Source: an uncultured Cytophagales bacterium
GTDB lineage: Bacteria > Bacteroidota > Bacteroidia > Cytophagales > Cyclobacteriaceae
Assembly (NCBI GenBank): GCA_963820995.1
Contig: CAWGCL010000017.1
Location: 4,729 to 68,728, forward strand
Reading direction: 5' to 3'
DNA: 64,000 nucleotides
Part shown: positions 37,925-47,981 of the stretch, piece after piece
How positions within the stretch are numbered: position 1 is the first letter of the stretch
How the letters are laid out: the number at the start of each line of letters is the position of its first letter
Notes under the pieces: generated by a model
Seen by the model: the letters and a program-made list of their open reading frames with translations, nothing else
Told to the model about the DNA's origin: nothing
Databases searched by the model: none
Made by a program: the position numbers and the translations under genes

Positions 37925-39061
37925 ATGAATCACTACAAAAAATGGTTATTGACTTTATCTCTTGTAATGTTAATAATCCTCCAATGTTTCTCACAGAATA
38001 TCACTTTACCTCCGGGTGGAGGAAATCAGAAAGCAAGTGTATCTCAATGGATGGGATTGGTTAAAGCCAATTTTACTTACAACAGCCCTGATGTTACCAG
38101 TCCGACAGGAGAAGACAGAACAGGAAAGATCTGGGGTGGTCTTGTACCCTGGGGTATGGTTAACCTTGGTTTCGGATCCGCAGAAACTTCACCATGGCGT
38201 GCAGGCGCCAATGAAAATACCGTATTCTCGGTATCTCATGATGTGAAAATTGAAGGGAAGAACCTTGGGGCAGGACATTATGGATTTCATATCATCCCAA
38301 TGGAGAATGGTAAGTGGACGCTGATCTTTTCAAAAAATTATAGTTCATGGGGAAGCTATTTTTATAATCCGGATGAGGATGCCTTGCGGGTAGATGTAAA
38401 TCCCCAGGAATGCGAATTCAATGAGTGGTTAACCTACGGATTTGAAAATCGGGAGTTAGGATCATGTACTGCCTTTTTAAAATGGGAAAATAAAAAAGTG
38501 CCATTTAAAATTGAAGTGCCAGATATAAATGAATTATATCTTTCTAAGATACGTGACGAATTGCGTTCATCACCCGGATTTACGTATTTAAGCTGGGTGC
38601 AAGCTGTGAATTTCTGTGTTCAAAATAATATGAACCTTGATGAAGCCTTAATATGGGCAGAAAATGCTATTTCTGCACCCTTCATAGGTCGTGAAAACTT
38701 CCAGACCCTTCAGGCGAAAGCCAGTGTTTTAAAGGCTTTGGGAAATACATCTGAATCTGATGAGGTAATGGACCGTGCTATCAGGAATCCAGCTGCCTCA
38801 GTTGCTGAAATCCATCAATATGGCAGGGCGCTGATTGCAGAAGGCCGGAATGAAAAAGCCTTGGAAGTATTTGAATATAACAGGAAATCTCATCCTGAGG
38901 ATTCATTCACAACCTATGTAGGATTGGCGCGTGGATATGCAGCTGTTGATAATAAGAAAAAGGCTATTAAATATTGGGAAACAGCCATAGAAAACCTGCC
39001 GGAAAATCAGAAGCCGAACTTGTCCTTTTATGAAGCTGAACTTAATAAATTGAAAGAATAG
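37925..39061 (+). CDS. DUF2911 domain protein with a C-terminal TPR-like region
   Basis: It has a signal peptide. The DUF2911-like segment is GGGNQKASVSQWMGLVKANFTYNSPDV...WRAGANENTVFSVSHDVKIEGKNLGAGHYGF. The tail is helical and repeat-like. Confidence 0.55.
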   Translation: MNHYKKWLLTLSLVMLIILQCFSQNITLPPGGGNQKASVSQWMGLVKANFTYNSPDVTSPTGEDRTGKIWGGLVPWGMVNLGFGSAETSPWRAGANENTVFSVSHDVKIEGKNLGAGHYGFHIIPMENGKWTLIFSKNYSSWGSYFYNPDEDALRVDVNPQECEFNEWLTYGFENRELGSCTAFLKWENKKVPFKIEVPDINELYLSKIRDELRSSPGFTYLSWVQAVNFCVQNNMNLDEALIWAENAISAPFIGRENFQTLQAKASVLKALGNTSESDEVMDRAIRNPAASVAEIHQYGRALIAEGRNEKALEVFEYNRKSHPEDSFTTYVGLARGYAAVDNKKKAIKYWETAIENLPENQKPNLSFYEAELNKLKE

Positions 39062-39080
39062 TTATAATCATTAAATAAGA

Positions 39081-39130
39081 ACACCCATTTTTAACATTAT
39101 ATGTAATAAACAGAAATGGGTGTTTTTATT
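39081..39130 (+). terminator. Rho-independent terminator
   Basis: ACACCCATTT (39081-39090) pairs with AAATGGGTGT (39114-39123) around a 23-nt loop, followed by TTTTATT. Confidence 0.55.
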
Positions 39131-39182
39131 TCCTTTTTAGGAATCCATTTCTCAAATTCATATTTATAAAACCTTTTCCAGG

Positions 39183-40826
39183 ATGCGATGGACCTTGCTG
39201 ATAATTTTCTTTCTTTCACAATTATTTAACAAGGTTAAGGGACAGGATAGCATATATCCTTACATAGAGAATGGCAAGATCGGCTTCAAAAACCTCCAGG
39301 ATAGTATTCTGGTATCCCCCAAATATGATTATTATGAACCTTTTCAATCAACCCAGCAATACACAATTATTGGTCTGGGCAAGTATGAAAGATTGAATTT
39401 TAATGATACTGAAAGACAGGTCAAATTTGTTGGGAAATATGGCATTATTGATTCCACTGCAAAAGAAATTGTACCTCCCTCCCTGGATATAGTATTTCAG
39501 ATTTATGATAATCATACTTTAGCCGGAAATGGTGAGGGTTATTTGATATTCAATAACTGGCCTGAAGGCAAAGAGATATTTTTTAAGGGGAAAATGGGTG
39601 TGGTGAAGCATGACGGAAACGTAATCGTTCCGTTTAAATATAACGAAATCAGAAAAATCAAGTCACAAAGTGTTCCTTTCTGGTTTGCGTTTGATGATCA
39701 GGGAAAATCAAGTTTATACTATGATTCAGTTTTGCTGGATTTCAGGGATGATGTAATTGAGGTCTCAGACTTTTCGGAAGGCCGGGCAAAAATAAAGGTG
39801 CATTCAAAATATGGATTCATTGACACAAGCGGTACCGTTGTTGTCGAGCCCGTTTATGAACAGGCTAAAAACTATAATTCCGGGAAAGCCTTTGTGAAGA
39901 AAGAGGATCAATATGTATGGCTTGATCTCGGTGGTAATGAAATAGAAGATTTTGAGCAAATTATCTTCGAAGAAATAGGGCCTTTCTCAGAAGGATATTC
40001 CAGAGTAAAAATTTTTAATGATTACGGTTTTATTTACCCTGATTCCAGTTTCTTTATATTTCCAAGATTCTCAGAAGCCACTCCATTCTTCAATCAGCTC
40101 GCATCGGTACGTTCTTCTGGGCACTTTGGCTATATTTTTACGGACGGCTCAGAAGATATTGTGGAACTTTATACACGAAATAACTTGACCCGGGTTCCAA
40201 AGGAAGACATAAGAGAAGATTTTTTAAGTGATTCATACGCAGTGGTAAACTCGAAGGATTCTGCCTATTTTTTTGAGCCTCTCGACACCTTAACTCTTGA
40301 AAAGTTCATATCAATCCAGGCTGAAGCTATGCGATGGGCTCCTTATATATATTTTAATTATCCGAATATGCTAGCGAAGGTCAGTGCAGGGGAAGGCACT
40401 CTTGCAGGCAGGTATTTATTCAATACGACATTTCTTAATCCGGGGACTGAGATATGGGAAAACTATAAAAATAAAGTTTTACTGAAATTGTTTTCTGAAG
40501 AGAAAATCCGGTCTTTACTTTGGAAGACCTTCAGTCCTGTCTTTAAAAGTTCATTTCAATCAATGCCTGAGCTTCACCAACGTGTATATCTGGAAATGAT
40601 CGAGTATCTTGAAATATACTTCAAGGAATATGATATTATTGCTACCCGGAAATTTCTGGAGGAAAATGAAGCCTTCTTTGCTTATGAACATCCTGATGGC
40701 ACTACCAGCCCGTATAGAAAAACCAGTGCCCAAATTGACCGTCTGATATTAATTTATAAAATCATATCGGTTGAAGATGTTCAGAAATGGATCCGGAAAA
40801 TTAAGAAAGAAGTATATAAATGGTAA
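39183..40826 (+). CDS. WG repeat-containing protein (KWG family)
   Basis: It has a signal peptide and repeated K(Y/F)G(F/I)ID...G..(V/I)(V/I)P..Y units (KYGIIDSTAKEIVPP, KMGVVKHDGNVIVPFKY, KYGFIDTSGTVVVEPVY). Confidence 0.7.
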   Translation: MRWTLLIIFFLSQLFNKVKGQDSIYPYIENGKIGFKNLQDSILVSPKYDYYEPFQSTQQYTIIGLGKYERLNFNDTERQVKFVGKYGIIDSTAKEIVPPSLDIVFQIYDNHTLAGNGEGYLIFNNWPEGKEIFFKGKMGVVKHDGNVIVPFKYNEIRKIKSQSVPFWFAFDDQGKSSLYYDSVLLDFRDDVIEVSDFSEGRAKIKVHSKYGFIDTSGTVVVEPVYEQAKNYNSGKAFVKKEDQYVWLDLGGNEIEDFEQIIFEEIGPFSEGYSRVKIFNDYGFIYPDSSFFIFPRFSEATPFFNQLASVRSSGHFGYIFTDGSEDIVELYTRNNLTRVPKEDIREDFLSDSYAVVNSKDSAYFFEPLDTLTLEKFISIQAEAMRWAPYIYFNYPNMLAKVSAGEGTLAGRYLFNTTFLNPGTEIWENYKNKVLLKLFSEEKIRSLLWKTFSPVFKSSFQSMPELHQRVYLEMIEYLEIYFKEYDIIATRKFLEENEAFFAYEHPDGTTSPYRKTSAQIDRLILIYKIISVEDVQKWIRKIKKEVYKW

Positions 40827-41030
40827 AACCGGTTATATCAAATTTAGGGTAGATATTTTCTTTTCTTCTGATCAAAAGGTAAATTGTATGGGCATAGGTT
40901 AATGAAGGGCTGATTTTTATATTTTGCCATAGACTGAATTTCATATGTATGAAAAATGTAAGTGTGCTGACATGTGTTTTTTCACCAATTAAAGACATAA
41001 TTTAAAAGGTATTCAGCAATTCATCAAGGA

Positions 41031-41915
41031 TCATATATCAAACAACTCAGAAGAAAGGTAACGGTCGCCCCGGTCACAGATGATGCAAACAATATATCCG
41101 GATTCAATCTGGTCGATCAGTTTTAATGCCCCTGCCACAGCGCCACCACTGCTCATCCCACCAAATATGGCTTCCTCTGAAGCTAGCCTTCGGGCCATTT
41201 GTATAGCCTCAGATTCGGAGACATCTATTATTGAATCTACACGTGATGGATCAAAGATTTTAGGAAGATACTTTTCAGGCCATCGCCGGATACCTGGAAT
41301 TCTTGATCCTTCCAGCGGCTGTATGCCTACAATCTGAATGTCAGGATCCTTTTCCTTAAGAAACCGTGACACACCCATGATCGTTCCGGTAGTACCCATG
41401 GAGGAGACAAAATGCGTGACCTTTCCTTTTGTGTCATTCCATATCTCAGGGCCAGTTGTAAGATAATGAGCCCCAAAGTTGTCAGGATTGGCGAACTGGT
41501 TCAACATAAAATATTTCCCCCTTTCAACTTTTTTATGTGCATAATCAATGGATCCTTCTATAGATTCAAACGCAGGAGTTAGTATTACTTTTGCCCCGAA
41601 GGCTTTCATGGTCTGGATCCTTTCAACTGTTGAGTTTTCAGGCATGACCAATTCAATTTCAAGATCGAATAACCTGGCGATCATCGCCAAAGCAATCCCT
41701 GTATTCCCACTTGTGGCCTCAATTAGCTTCATCCCTTCCTTGATTTCGCCACGCTCCAGGGCACCCTTGATCATTCCATATGCGGCTCTATCTTTAACAC
41801 TCCCTCCCGGATTATGTCCTTCAAGTTTGGCAAATAGCCGGACTCCCTTTTTATTAAAAAGGTTTTTTATTTCAACTAAAGGAGTATTTCCAATAAGCTC
41901 GAGAATAGAAGACAT
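41031..41915 (-). CDS. cysK: Cysteine synthase (O-acetylserine sulfhydrylase, CysK/CysM family)
   Basis: The PLP-lysine region is KLEGHNPGGSVKDRAA, with GNTGIALA and GTTGT motifs. Length is 294 aa. Confidence 0.8.
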   Translation of the reverse strand: MSSILELIGNTPLVEIKNLFNKKGVRLFAKLEGHNPGGSVKDRAAYGMIKGALERGEIKEGMKLIEATSGNTGIALAMIARLFDLEIELVMPENSTVERIQTMKAFGAKVILTPAFESIEGSIDYAHKKVERGKYFMLNQFANPDNFGAHYLTTGPEIWNDTKGKVTHFVSSMGTTGTIMGVSRFLKEKDPDIQIVGIQPLEGSRIPGIRRWPEKYLPKIFDPSRVDSIIDVSESEAIQMARRLASEEAIFGGMSSGGAVAGALKLIDQIESGYIVCIICDRGDRYLSSELFDI

Positions 41916-42262
41916 AATGGATAGAATTTTATTAATTAAATAATGTTAAATTTTAACGGTTTCTTTAAAGATAAGGTTATTCTACATATTCACTATTCCA
42001 AATCTCTCGATTTATTTTGAATTAAAACATCTTTTACCTGACATCAAATCAATTCTTTTCCTTTCATTAAATTATCAATTGATCCCGTTGTTTTAAACAT
42101 CAAACACTTATATATTTATAAGATTCGAACTGATAAAAGGAAGCATATAACCTTTGTTTCCACCTGGAACAGAATAATCAATTGATTCATGTGTTTGATT
42201 TATGTTTTAATTGTGTTTGACAATGCTGGTTCTGTTCATTAACTAATTTCAATATATTGAAT

Positions 42263-45037
42263 ATGCAAAAAAAACTTTTTCTGATAGATGCCCTGGCACT
42301 TATTTACCGGGCGCATTTTGCCTTCAGTAAAAATCCTAGGATTAATTCTAAAGGAATGAATACAAGTGCGGTTCTTGGTTTTACCAATAGCCTGCTTGAT
42401 ATTATAAATAAAGAAAAACCCACACATATTGGTGTTGCATATGATACACATGCACCTACATTCCGTCATGAAGTTTTTCCTGAATATAAAGCCAACCGGG
42501 AAAAACAACCTGAAGATATTCAGGTAGCTATTCCAATCACTAAGGAATTGGTTAAAGCTTTTAATATTCCTGTCCTTGAACTGGACGGCTATGAAGCAGA
42601 TGATATCATAGGCACCATTGCAAAAGTAGCAGCCTCCCAGGACTTTGAAGTCTTCATGATGACACCTGACAAGGATTATGCTCAGCTGGTAGAGGATAAC
42701 ATTTACCTTTATAAACCGGCATATATGGGCAATTCCGTGGATATACTTGGTATTGAAGAAGTCTTGAAAAAATTTGAAATACATCATGTGGATCAAGTGC
42801 GTGATCTTTTGGGATTACAGGGCGATTCTGTAGATAATATACCAGGAATTCCGGGAGTGGGAGCTAAAACAGCGGTCAAATTCATACAGGAATACGGAAA
42901 TGTAGAGGAATTGCTGAAAAATACCGATAAACTGAAAGGAAAATTAAAAGAAAAGGTCGAAGAATATGGAGACCAGGCAATCCTTTCAAAAGAACTGGCC
43001 ACCATTAATATTGCTGTTCCCATTCCTTTTAAAGAATCTGAATATGAATACAGTGGCCCCGATCTCAAAAAATTGAAACCAATTTTTGAGGACCTCGAAT
43101 TTCGCACCTTGTTAAGGCGGGTATTTGGAGAGCAGCCATTAACATCCACCGAAGACAGCGGCCAACTCAGCATGTTTGGAGGCAGTCAGGAAAGCGAATC
43201 TGAGCAGAAGGATACAAATACCAAAAAGACAATATCCGATGTGCTTCACGACTATAAACTCGCTGAATCGGAAAAAGAAATGAACCTCCTGGTTCAGAAA
43301 CTAAATAAATCACCTGAATTTTGTTTCGATACTGAAACTACTGGAATAGATGCCATTGAAGCCGATTTGGTTGGCTTGGCCTTCTCGATTAAGAAAGGTG
43401 AGGCATTTTATGTCCCGGTTCCTGAAGATGAAACCTTAGCAAAAAAAATTGTATCATTTTTTAAGGATCCTTTAGAAAACAGTAACATTGGAAAAATCGG
43501 CCAGAATTTGAAATATGATATCCTGGTGCTTAAAAAATACGGCATCAAAGTTAATGGTCCGCTCTTTGACACTATGATCGCACATTACCTGATAGAGCCG
43601 GATAACAGGCACAATATGGATGTTTTGGCAGAAAACTATCTGAATTACATTCCTGTATCTATTGAAACCTTAATAGGAAAAAAAGGCAAAAAACAGGGCA
43701 GCATGAGAGACGTTGAGATAGAAAAGGTGGTTGAATATGCAGGAGAAGATGCGGATATTACTCTGCAACTCAAAGAAGTATTTGAACCTGTCCTGAAAGA
43801 GAAAAATTTAAATAAGCTTTTTCATGAAGTTGAGATCCCTTTGATCAACGTGCTTGCTGACATGGAATATACTGGTGTAAAGATTGACCGCAATACATTA
43901 AGCAATCTTTCAAAGGAAATGGAAGAGGAGATCGTCAATCTGAACCGGGAAATATATAAACTGGCAGGAATAGAATTTAACATTGCTTCGCCTAAGCAAC
44001 TGGGAGAAATACTTTTTGAACATTTAAAACTGGATGATAAACCAAAAAAAACCAAGACAGGTCAATATGCTACCGGAGAGGAGATCCTCACCAGGCTGGC
44101 ATACAAACATGAGATCGCTAAAAAGATTCTTGAGTTCAGAGAGGTGCAAAAATTAAAGTCTACTTATATAGATGCTTTGCCGGAAATGATCAGCCCATCG
44201 GATGACAGGGTACATACCTCTTTTAACCAGGCTATTGCCGCTACTGGAAGACTTAGTTCTACAAATCCAAATTTACAGAACATACCTATTCGAACTGCAA
44301 AAGGCAGGGAAATACGAAAGGCTTTTGTTCCTACTGACAAAGATCATACTTTGATGTCCGCTGACTATTCGCAGGTCGAATTAAGAATAATGGCTCATTT
44401 TGCCAATGATGAAAGTATGATCAAGGCGTTTCAGGAAGGGAAAGATATACATTCCACTACGGCAAGTAAAATCTTCCAGACAAGTTTAGAGGATGTTACC
44501 CAGGATATGCGAAGAATTGCAAAAACGGCTAATTTTGGTATTATTTATGGTATATCCGTATTTGGTTTATCCCAGCGATTGAATATCCCGAGAAGCGAGG
44601 CTTCTGAGATCATAAACTCCTATTTCAATGAGTTCAGGTCAGTCAAGACGTATATGGATAAAGTGATCAATGAGGCAAGAGAAAGAGGATATGTTGAGAC
44701 TATCCTTGGAAGAAGAAGGTATCTCAGAGATATTAATTCCCGAAATGCCACTATGCGGGGTTTTGCTGAAAGGAATGCTATAAATGCACCAATCCAGGGG
44801 AGCGCCGCAGACCTGATCAAAATAGCCATGATTAATATTCAAGATTATATGCAGAGAGAAAATTTAAATTCCAAGCTGATACTGCAGGTGCATGATGAAT
44901 TGGTTTTTGACGTATACAAACCGGAGTTAAAAATACTCCAGCCAAAGGTTGAGGAATTGATGCAAACTGCCTTACCTTTGACAGTACCGATAGAGGTAGA
45001 GTCAGGAAGTGGTGGTAATTGGCTAGAAGCTCACTGA
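42263..45037 (+). CDS. polA: DNA polymerase I
   Basis: The 5'-nuclease N-terminus reads LFLIDALALIYRAHFA. The 3'-5' exonuclease region has FDTETTG. The polymerase motifs are DYSQVELRIMAH, RRIAKTANFGIIYG and QVHDELVF. I prefer ATG 42263 to TTG 42257. Confidence 0.95.
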   Translation: MQKKLFLIDALALIYRAHFAFSKNPRINSKGMNTSAVLGFTNSLLDIINKEKPTHIGVAYDTHAPTFRHEVFPEYKANREKQPEDIQVAIPITKELVKAFNIPVLELDGYEADDIIGTIAKVAASQDFEVFMMTPDKDYAQLVEDNIYLYKPAYMGNSVDILGIEEVLKKFEIHHVDQVRDLLGLQGDSVDNIPGIPGVGAKTAVKFIQEYGNVEELLKNTDKLKGKLKEKVEEYGDQAILSKELATINIAVPIPFKESEYEYSGPDLKKLKPIFEDLEFRTLLRRVFGEQPLTSTEDSGQLSMFGGSQESESEQKDTNTKKTISDVLHDYKLAESEKEMNLLVQKLNKSPEFCFDTETTGIDAIEADLVGLAFSIKKGEAFYVPVPEDETLAKKIVSFFKDPLENSNIGKIGQNLKYDILVLKKYGIKVNGPLFDTMIAHYLIEPDNRHNMDVLAENYLNYIPVSIETLIGKKGKKQGSMRDVEIEKVVEYAGEDADITLQLKEVFEPVLKEKNLNKLFHEVEIPLINVLADMEYTGVKIDRNTLSNLSKEMEEEIVNLNREIYKLAGIEFNIASPKQLGEILFEHLKLDDKPKKTKTGQYATGEEILTRLAYKHEIAKKILEFREVQKLKSTYIDALPEMISPSDDRVHTSFNQAIAATGRLSSTNPNLQNIPIRTAKGREIRKAFVPTDKDHTLMSADYSQVELRIMAHFANDESMIKAFQEGKDIHSTTASKIFQTSLEDVTQDMRRIAKTANFGIIYGISVFGLSQRLNIPRSEASEIINSYFNEFRSVKTYMDKVINEARERGYVETILGRRRYLRDINSRNATMRGFAERNAINAPIQGSAADLIKIAMINIQDYMQRENLNSKLILQVHDELVFDVYKPELKILQPKVEELMQTALPLTVPIEVESGSGGNWLEAH

Positions 45038-45085
45038 TTTATTTTTTAGAATTAAAGATTTAAACAACAAATATAACCTCAGCTG

Positions 45086-46969
45086 ATGAACAGATTTTTT
45101 AAGATTACACTTTGGGTTCAGGTCGTTTTAATTGTATTGTATGGATGCTCAACTAATAATAAGACTCCCGATATTTCCGGTGAGCTCATGCAATGGCATA
45201 AGATTATCCTTACCTTCAACGGACCGGAGAGTAGTGAACTGGATTCCATAAATCCATTCCTGGATTATCAAATGTACGTTACCTTTTTTAAGCATGACAG
45301 GCAGGTTATTATTCCCGGTTTTTATGCAGCTGACGGTAATGCAGCCGAAACAAGTGCCGACTCCGGGAATAAATGGCAAGTCATCTTTTGTCCTGATGAT
45401 TATGGATTGTGGAACTATGAGGTTTCTTTTTTAAAAGGAAAGAATATCGCTGTTGAAAGAAATCCGGAATATGGGGACGAGGTAGCTTTTCATGGTGCTA
45501 GCGGAGAAATTCTTGTATCGCCATCCGACAAAACCGGAAGTGATTTCAGGGCTAAAGGAAGAGTCAGTTATGTTAACGGTCACTATTTAAAACACCAGGG
45601 TACTGGAGAGGTTTTCTTAAAAGCAGGATCTGATAGTCCTGAAAATTTCCTGGCATATCATGAATTTGATGGCACCTATTATGGTGGCGATGGTGAACGA
45701 AGGATTAATGAAGCAATGCCTAACCAGACCTTGCACAGGTATACGCCTCATGTAAAGGACTGGAATGAAGGAGATCCTACCTGGAAAGATAGTAAAAAGG
45801 GAAAAGGGATCATTGGAGCTCTGAACTACCTGCATTCCAAAGGCATAAACAGCCAATACATGCTTACAAATAATGTAACAGGTGACGGACAGGATGTGTT
45901 TCCCTGGATTAAGTATGAAAGTGACTTTACCCGGTTTGACGTGAGCAAACTGGCCCAATGGGAAATCGTTTTTACGCACATGGATAAACTGGGCATGATG
46001 TGTCATTTTGTAACACAGGAGACTGAAAATGAACTGATGTTGGACAGTGGCAATGTTGGAATGAAGAGGAAATTATACTATCGTGAATTAATAGCCAGGT
46101 TCTCACACCATTTGGGAGTAACCTGGAACCTGGGGGAAGAAAATGGAGTGGCCCCCTGGATCGGAATTGGACAGAACGACCGTCAAAGAAAAGACATGAG
46201 TAAATACATCAAGGAAACTGATCCATATGATAACTTTTTAGTTGTTCACACCTTACCCAATGCAGATCTGAGAGATGATATTCTGACAAAATTATTAGGC
46301 TTCCCATTTCTGGATGGACCCAGTCTGCAGACTGAGGTGAATAGTGTTCATTCAGAAACCCTAAAATGGCGGCAACTATCTGACCAGCAAGGGAGAAAAT
46401 GGGTGGTATGCAGTGATGAAATTGGCCATCATTCAATTGGTGCAGTACCTGATGCAATTGATCCTGAACACTACGAAATAATGCATAAAGTGCTCTGGGG
46501 GAATCTGATGGCAGGTGGAGGTGGTGTTGAATGGTATTTTGGGCATAAATATGACAATGATGACTTGAATTGCGAAGATTTCAGATCCAGGGACAGGCTC
46601 TGGGAATTAACTGCCATTGCAATGAATTTCTTCCTGGATAACCTCCCGATCGATGAAATGAAACCTGCTGATAATATAGTATCGCCAAGGGCAAATTATT
46701 GCCTTGTTAAAGATGACGATGTTATTGTAATTTATATTCCAAGGGGAGGGGCTTCTTCTGTGCGTCTAAATCCACAAAAATCATACAGATTGCAATGGTT
46801 TGATCCCAGAAATGGCGGAGAATTATTTGATTCACATGAATTGCCGGAAATTGTTTCTGAAGTATCAGAGCTGAACTTCCAGATCGGTACAAAGGAAAAA
46901 TACAATTTAAGAAATGATTGGGTAGCGGTCCTGAAGAGTATACAAAAACAGGAAAGTGCTCAGCCATAG
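45086..46969 (+). CDS. DUF5060-domain putative glycoside hydrolase (lipoprotein)
   Basis: It has a lipobox, LYGC. The N-terminal Ig-like region is WHKIILTFNGPESSE..NPFLDYQMYVTF...GFYAADG. A TIM-barrel-like region follows. The assignment is from memory. Confidence 0.45.
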   Translation: MNRFFKITLWVQVVLIVLYGCSTNNKTPDISGELMQWHKIILTFNGPESSELDSINPFLDYQMYVTFFKHDRQVIIPGFYAADGNAAETSADSGNKWQVIFCPDDYGLWNYEVSFLKGKNIAVERNPEYGDEVAFHGASGEILVSPSDKTGSDFRAKGRVSYVNGHYLKHQGTGEVFLKAGSDSPENFLAYHEFDGTYYGGDGERRINEAMPNQTLHRYTPHVKDWNEGDPTWKDSKKGKGIIGALNYLHSKGINSQYMLTNNVTGDGQDVFPWIKYESDFTRFDVSKLAQWEIVFTHMDKLGMMCHFVTQETENELMLDSGNVGMKRKLYYRELIARFSHHLGVTWNLGEENGVAPWIGIGQNDRQRKDMSKYIKETDPYDNFLVVHTLPNADLRDDILTKLLGFPFLDGPSLQTEVNSVHSETLKWRQLSDQQGRKWVVCSDEIGHHSIGAVPDAIDPEHYEIMHKVLWGNLMAGGGGVEWYFGHKYDNDDLNCEDFRSRDRLWELTAIAMNFFLDNLPIDEMKPADNIVSPRANYCLVKDDDVIVIYIPRGGASSVRLNPQKSYRLQWFDPRNGGELFDSHELPEIVSEVSELNFQIGTKEKYNLRNDWVAVLKSIQKQESAQP

Positions 46970-46995
46970 TCTTTAACGCTTAATCATTGATCAAT

Positions 46996-47970
46996 ATGTT
47001 GGACCAGATACCTCAAAAATCTGATATAATAGATTCTACCGGAAGAATTTCAGGTTATGTTCATCAAACCCCCTTGTTGACTTCCAGGCAAATCAATCAG
47101 ATTACAGGGAGTTCACTGTATTTCAAATGCGAGAACTTTCAAAAGGTAGGTGCATTTAAAGCCCGGGGCGCTGTAAATGCCACGCTTTCACTTCCTGAGG
47201 ATCAGCGAAAAAATGGAATTGCCACGCATTCTTCTGGCAATCATGCACAAGCCATCGCTTATGCAGCATCTATCGTTGGAATAAAATCATATATTGTGAT
47301 GCCTGAAAATGCGCCATCAATTAAGATTGATGCTGTGAAAGGTTATGGGGCTGAAATCATCTTTTGTAAACCAACTCTTGAATCAAGAGAAATCACTTTG
47401 CAAAAGGTAGTTGAGGATACTTCTGCTTACTTTATCCATCCTTATAATAATTATTCAGTGATTGCAGGACAGGCAACAGCAGCGTTCGAAATTTTTGAAA
47501 CAAGAAATGACCTGGATTATGTTCTTACGCCTGTGGGTGGCGGAGGTTTGCTAAGCGGGACGTTATTATCTCGAAATTATTTCTCCCCCGGGACAAAAGT
47601 ACTCGCGGGAGAACCTTCAGGAGCTGATGATGCATATCGATCCTTAATTAAAGGAGAAATTGTTCCATCAATAAAGCCGGATACCATTGCGGATGGCTTG
47701 TTGACATCTTTGGGAGATAAGACATTCAAAATAATTTATAATAACGTTGAAGAAATATTACTCGTGAGTGATACTCAGATCATAAATGCAATGAAACTTC
47801 TCTGGGAAAGAATGAAGATTATCGTTGAACCTTCTGGTGCTGTACCCTTTGCTGCACTTTTAAAAGATAAGGAGCGATTTTCAGGAAAAAAAGTAGGGAT
47901 CATCCTTTCCGGTGGCAACGTGGATTTGAAAAAGAATTACTTTAATTTAACTCCTATTAATAACTTATAA
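46996..47970 (+). CDS. PLP-dependent serine/threonine dehydratase family enzyme (serine racemase-like)
   Basis: The PLP-lysine motif is FKCENFQKVGAFKARGA, with HSSGNHAQA and GGGGLLSG. Length is about 324 aa. Confidence 0.7.
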   Translation: MLDQIPQKSDIIDSTGRISGYVHQTPLLTSRQINQITGSSLYFKCENFQKVGAFKARGAVNATLSLPEDQRKNGIATHSSGNHAQAIAYAASIVGIKSYIVMPENAPSIKIDAVKGYGAEIIFCKPTLESREITLQKVVEDTSAYFIHPYNNYSVIAGQATAAFEIFETRNDLDYVLTPVGGGGLLSGTLLSRNYFSPGTKVLAGEPSGADDAYRSLIKGEIVPSIKPDTIADGLLTSLGDKTFKIIYNNVEEILLVSDTQIINAMKLLWERMKIIVEPSGAVPFAALLKDKERFSGKKVGIILSGGNVDLKKNYFNLTPINNL

Positions 47971-47981
47971 TAAATCTTAAA

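Noticed and set aside
40938-40957. The shared 16-mer TTTCA(T/C)ATGTATGAAA, here and at 49541-49559, as a possible dispersed repeat or regulatory motif
   Set aside because: A rough estimate for an AT-rich 64-kb window predicts tens of 15/16 matches by chance. There are only two copies and no shared flanks.
42239-42796. 185-aa minus-strand ORF overlapping the 5' end of polA
   Set aside because: It lies entirely antisense to the strongly conserved 5'-nuclease domain of DNA polymerase I. Its translation is Cys/Phe/Ile-rich and has no recognisable features.
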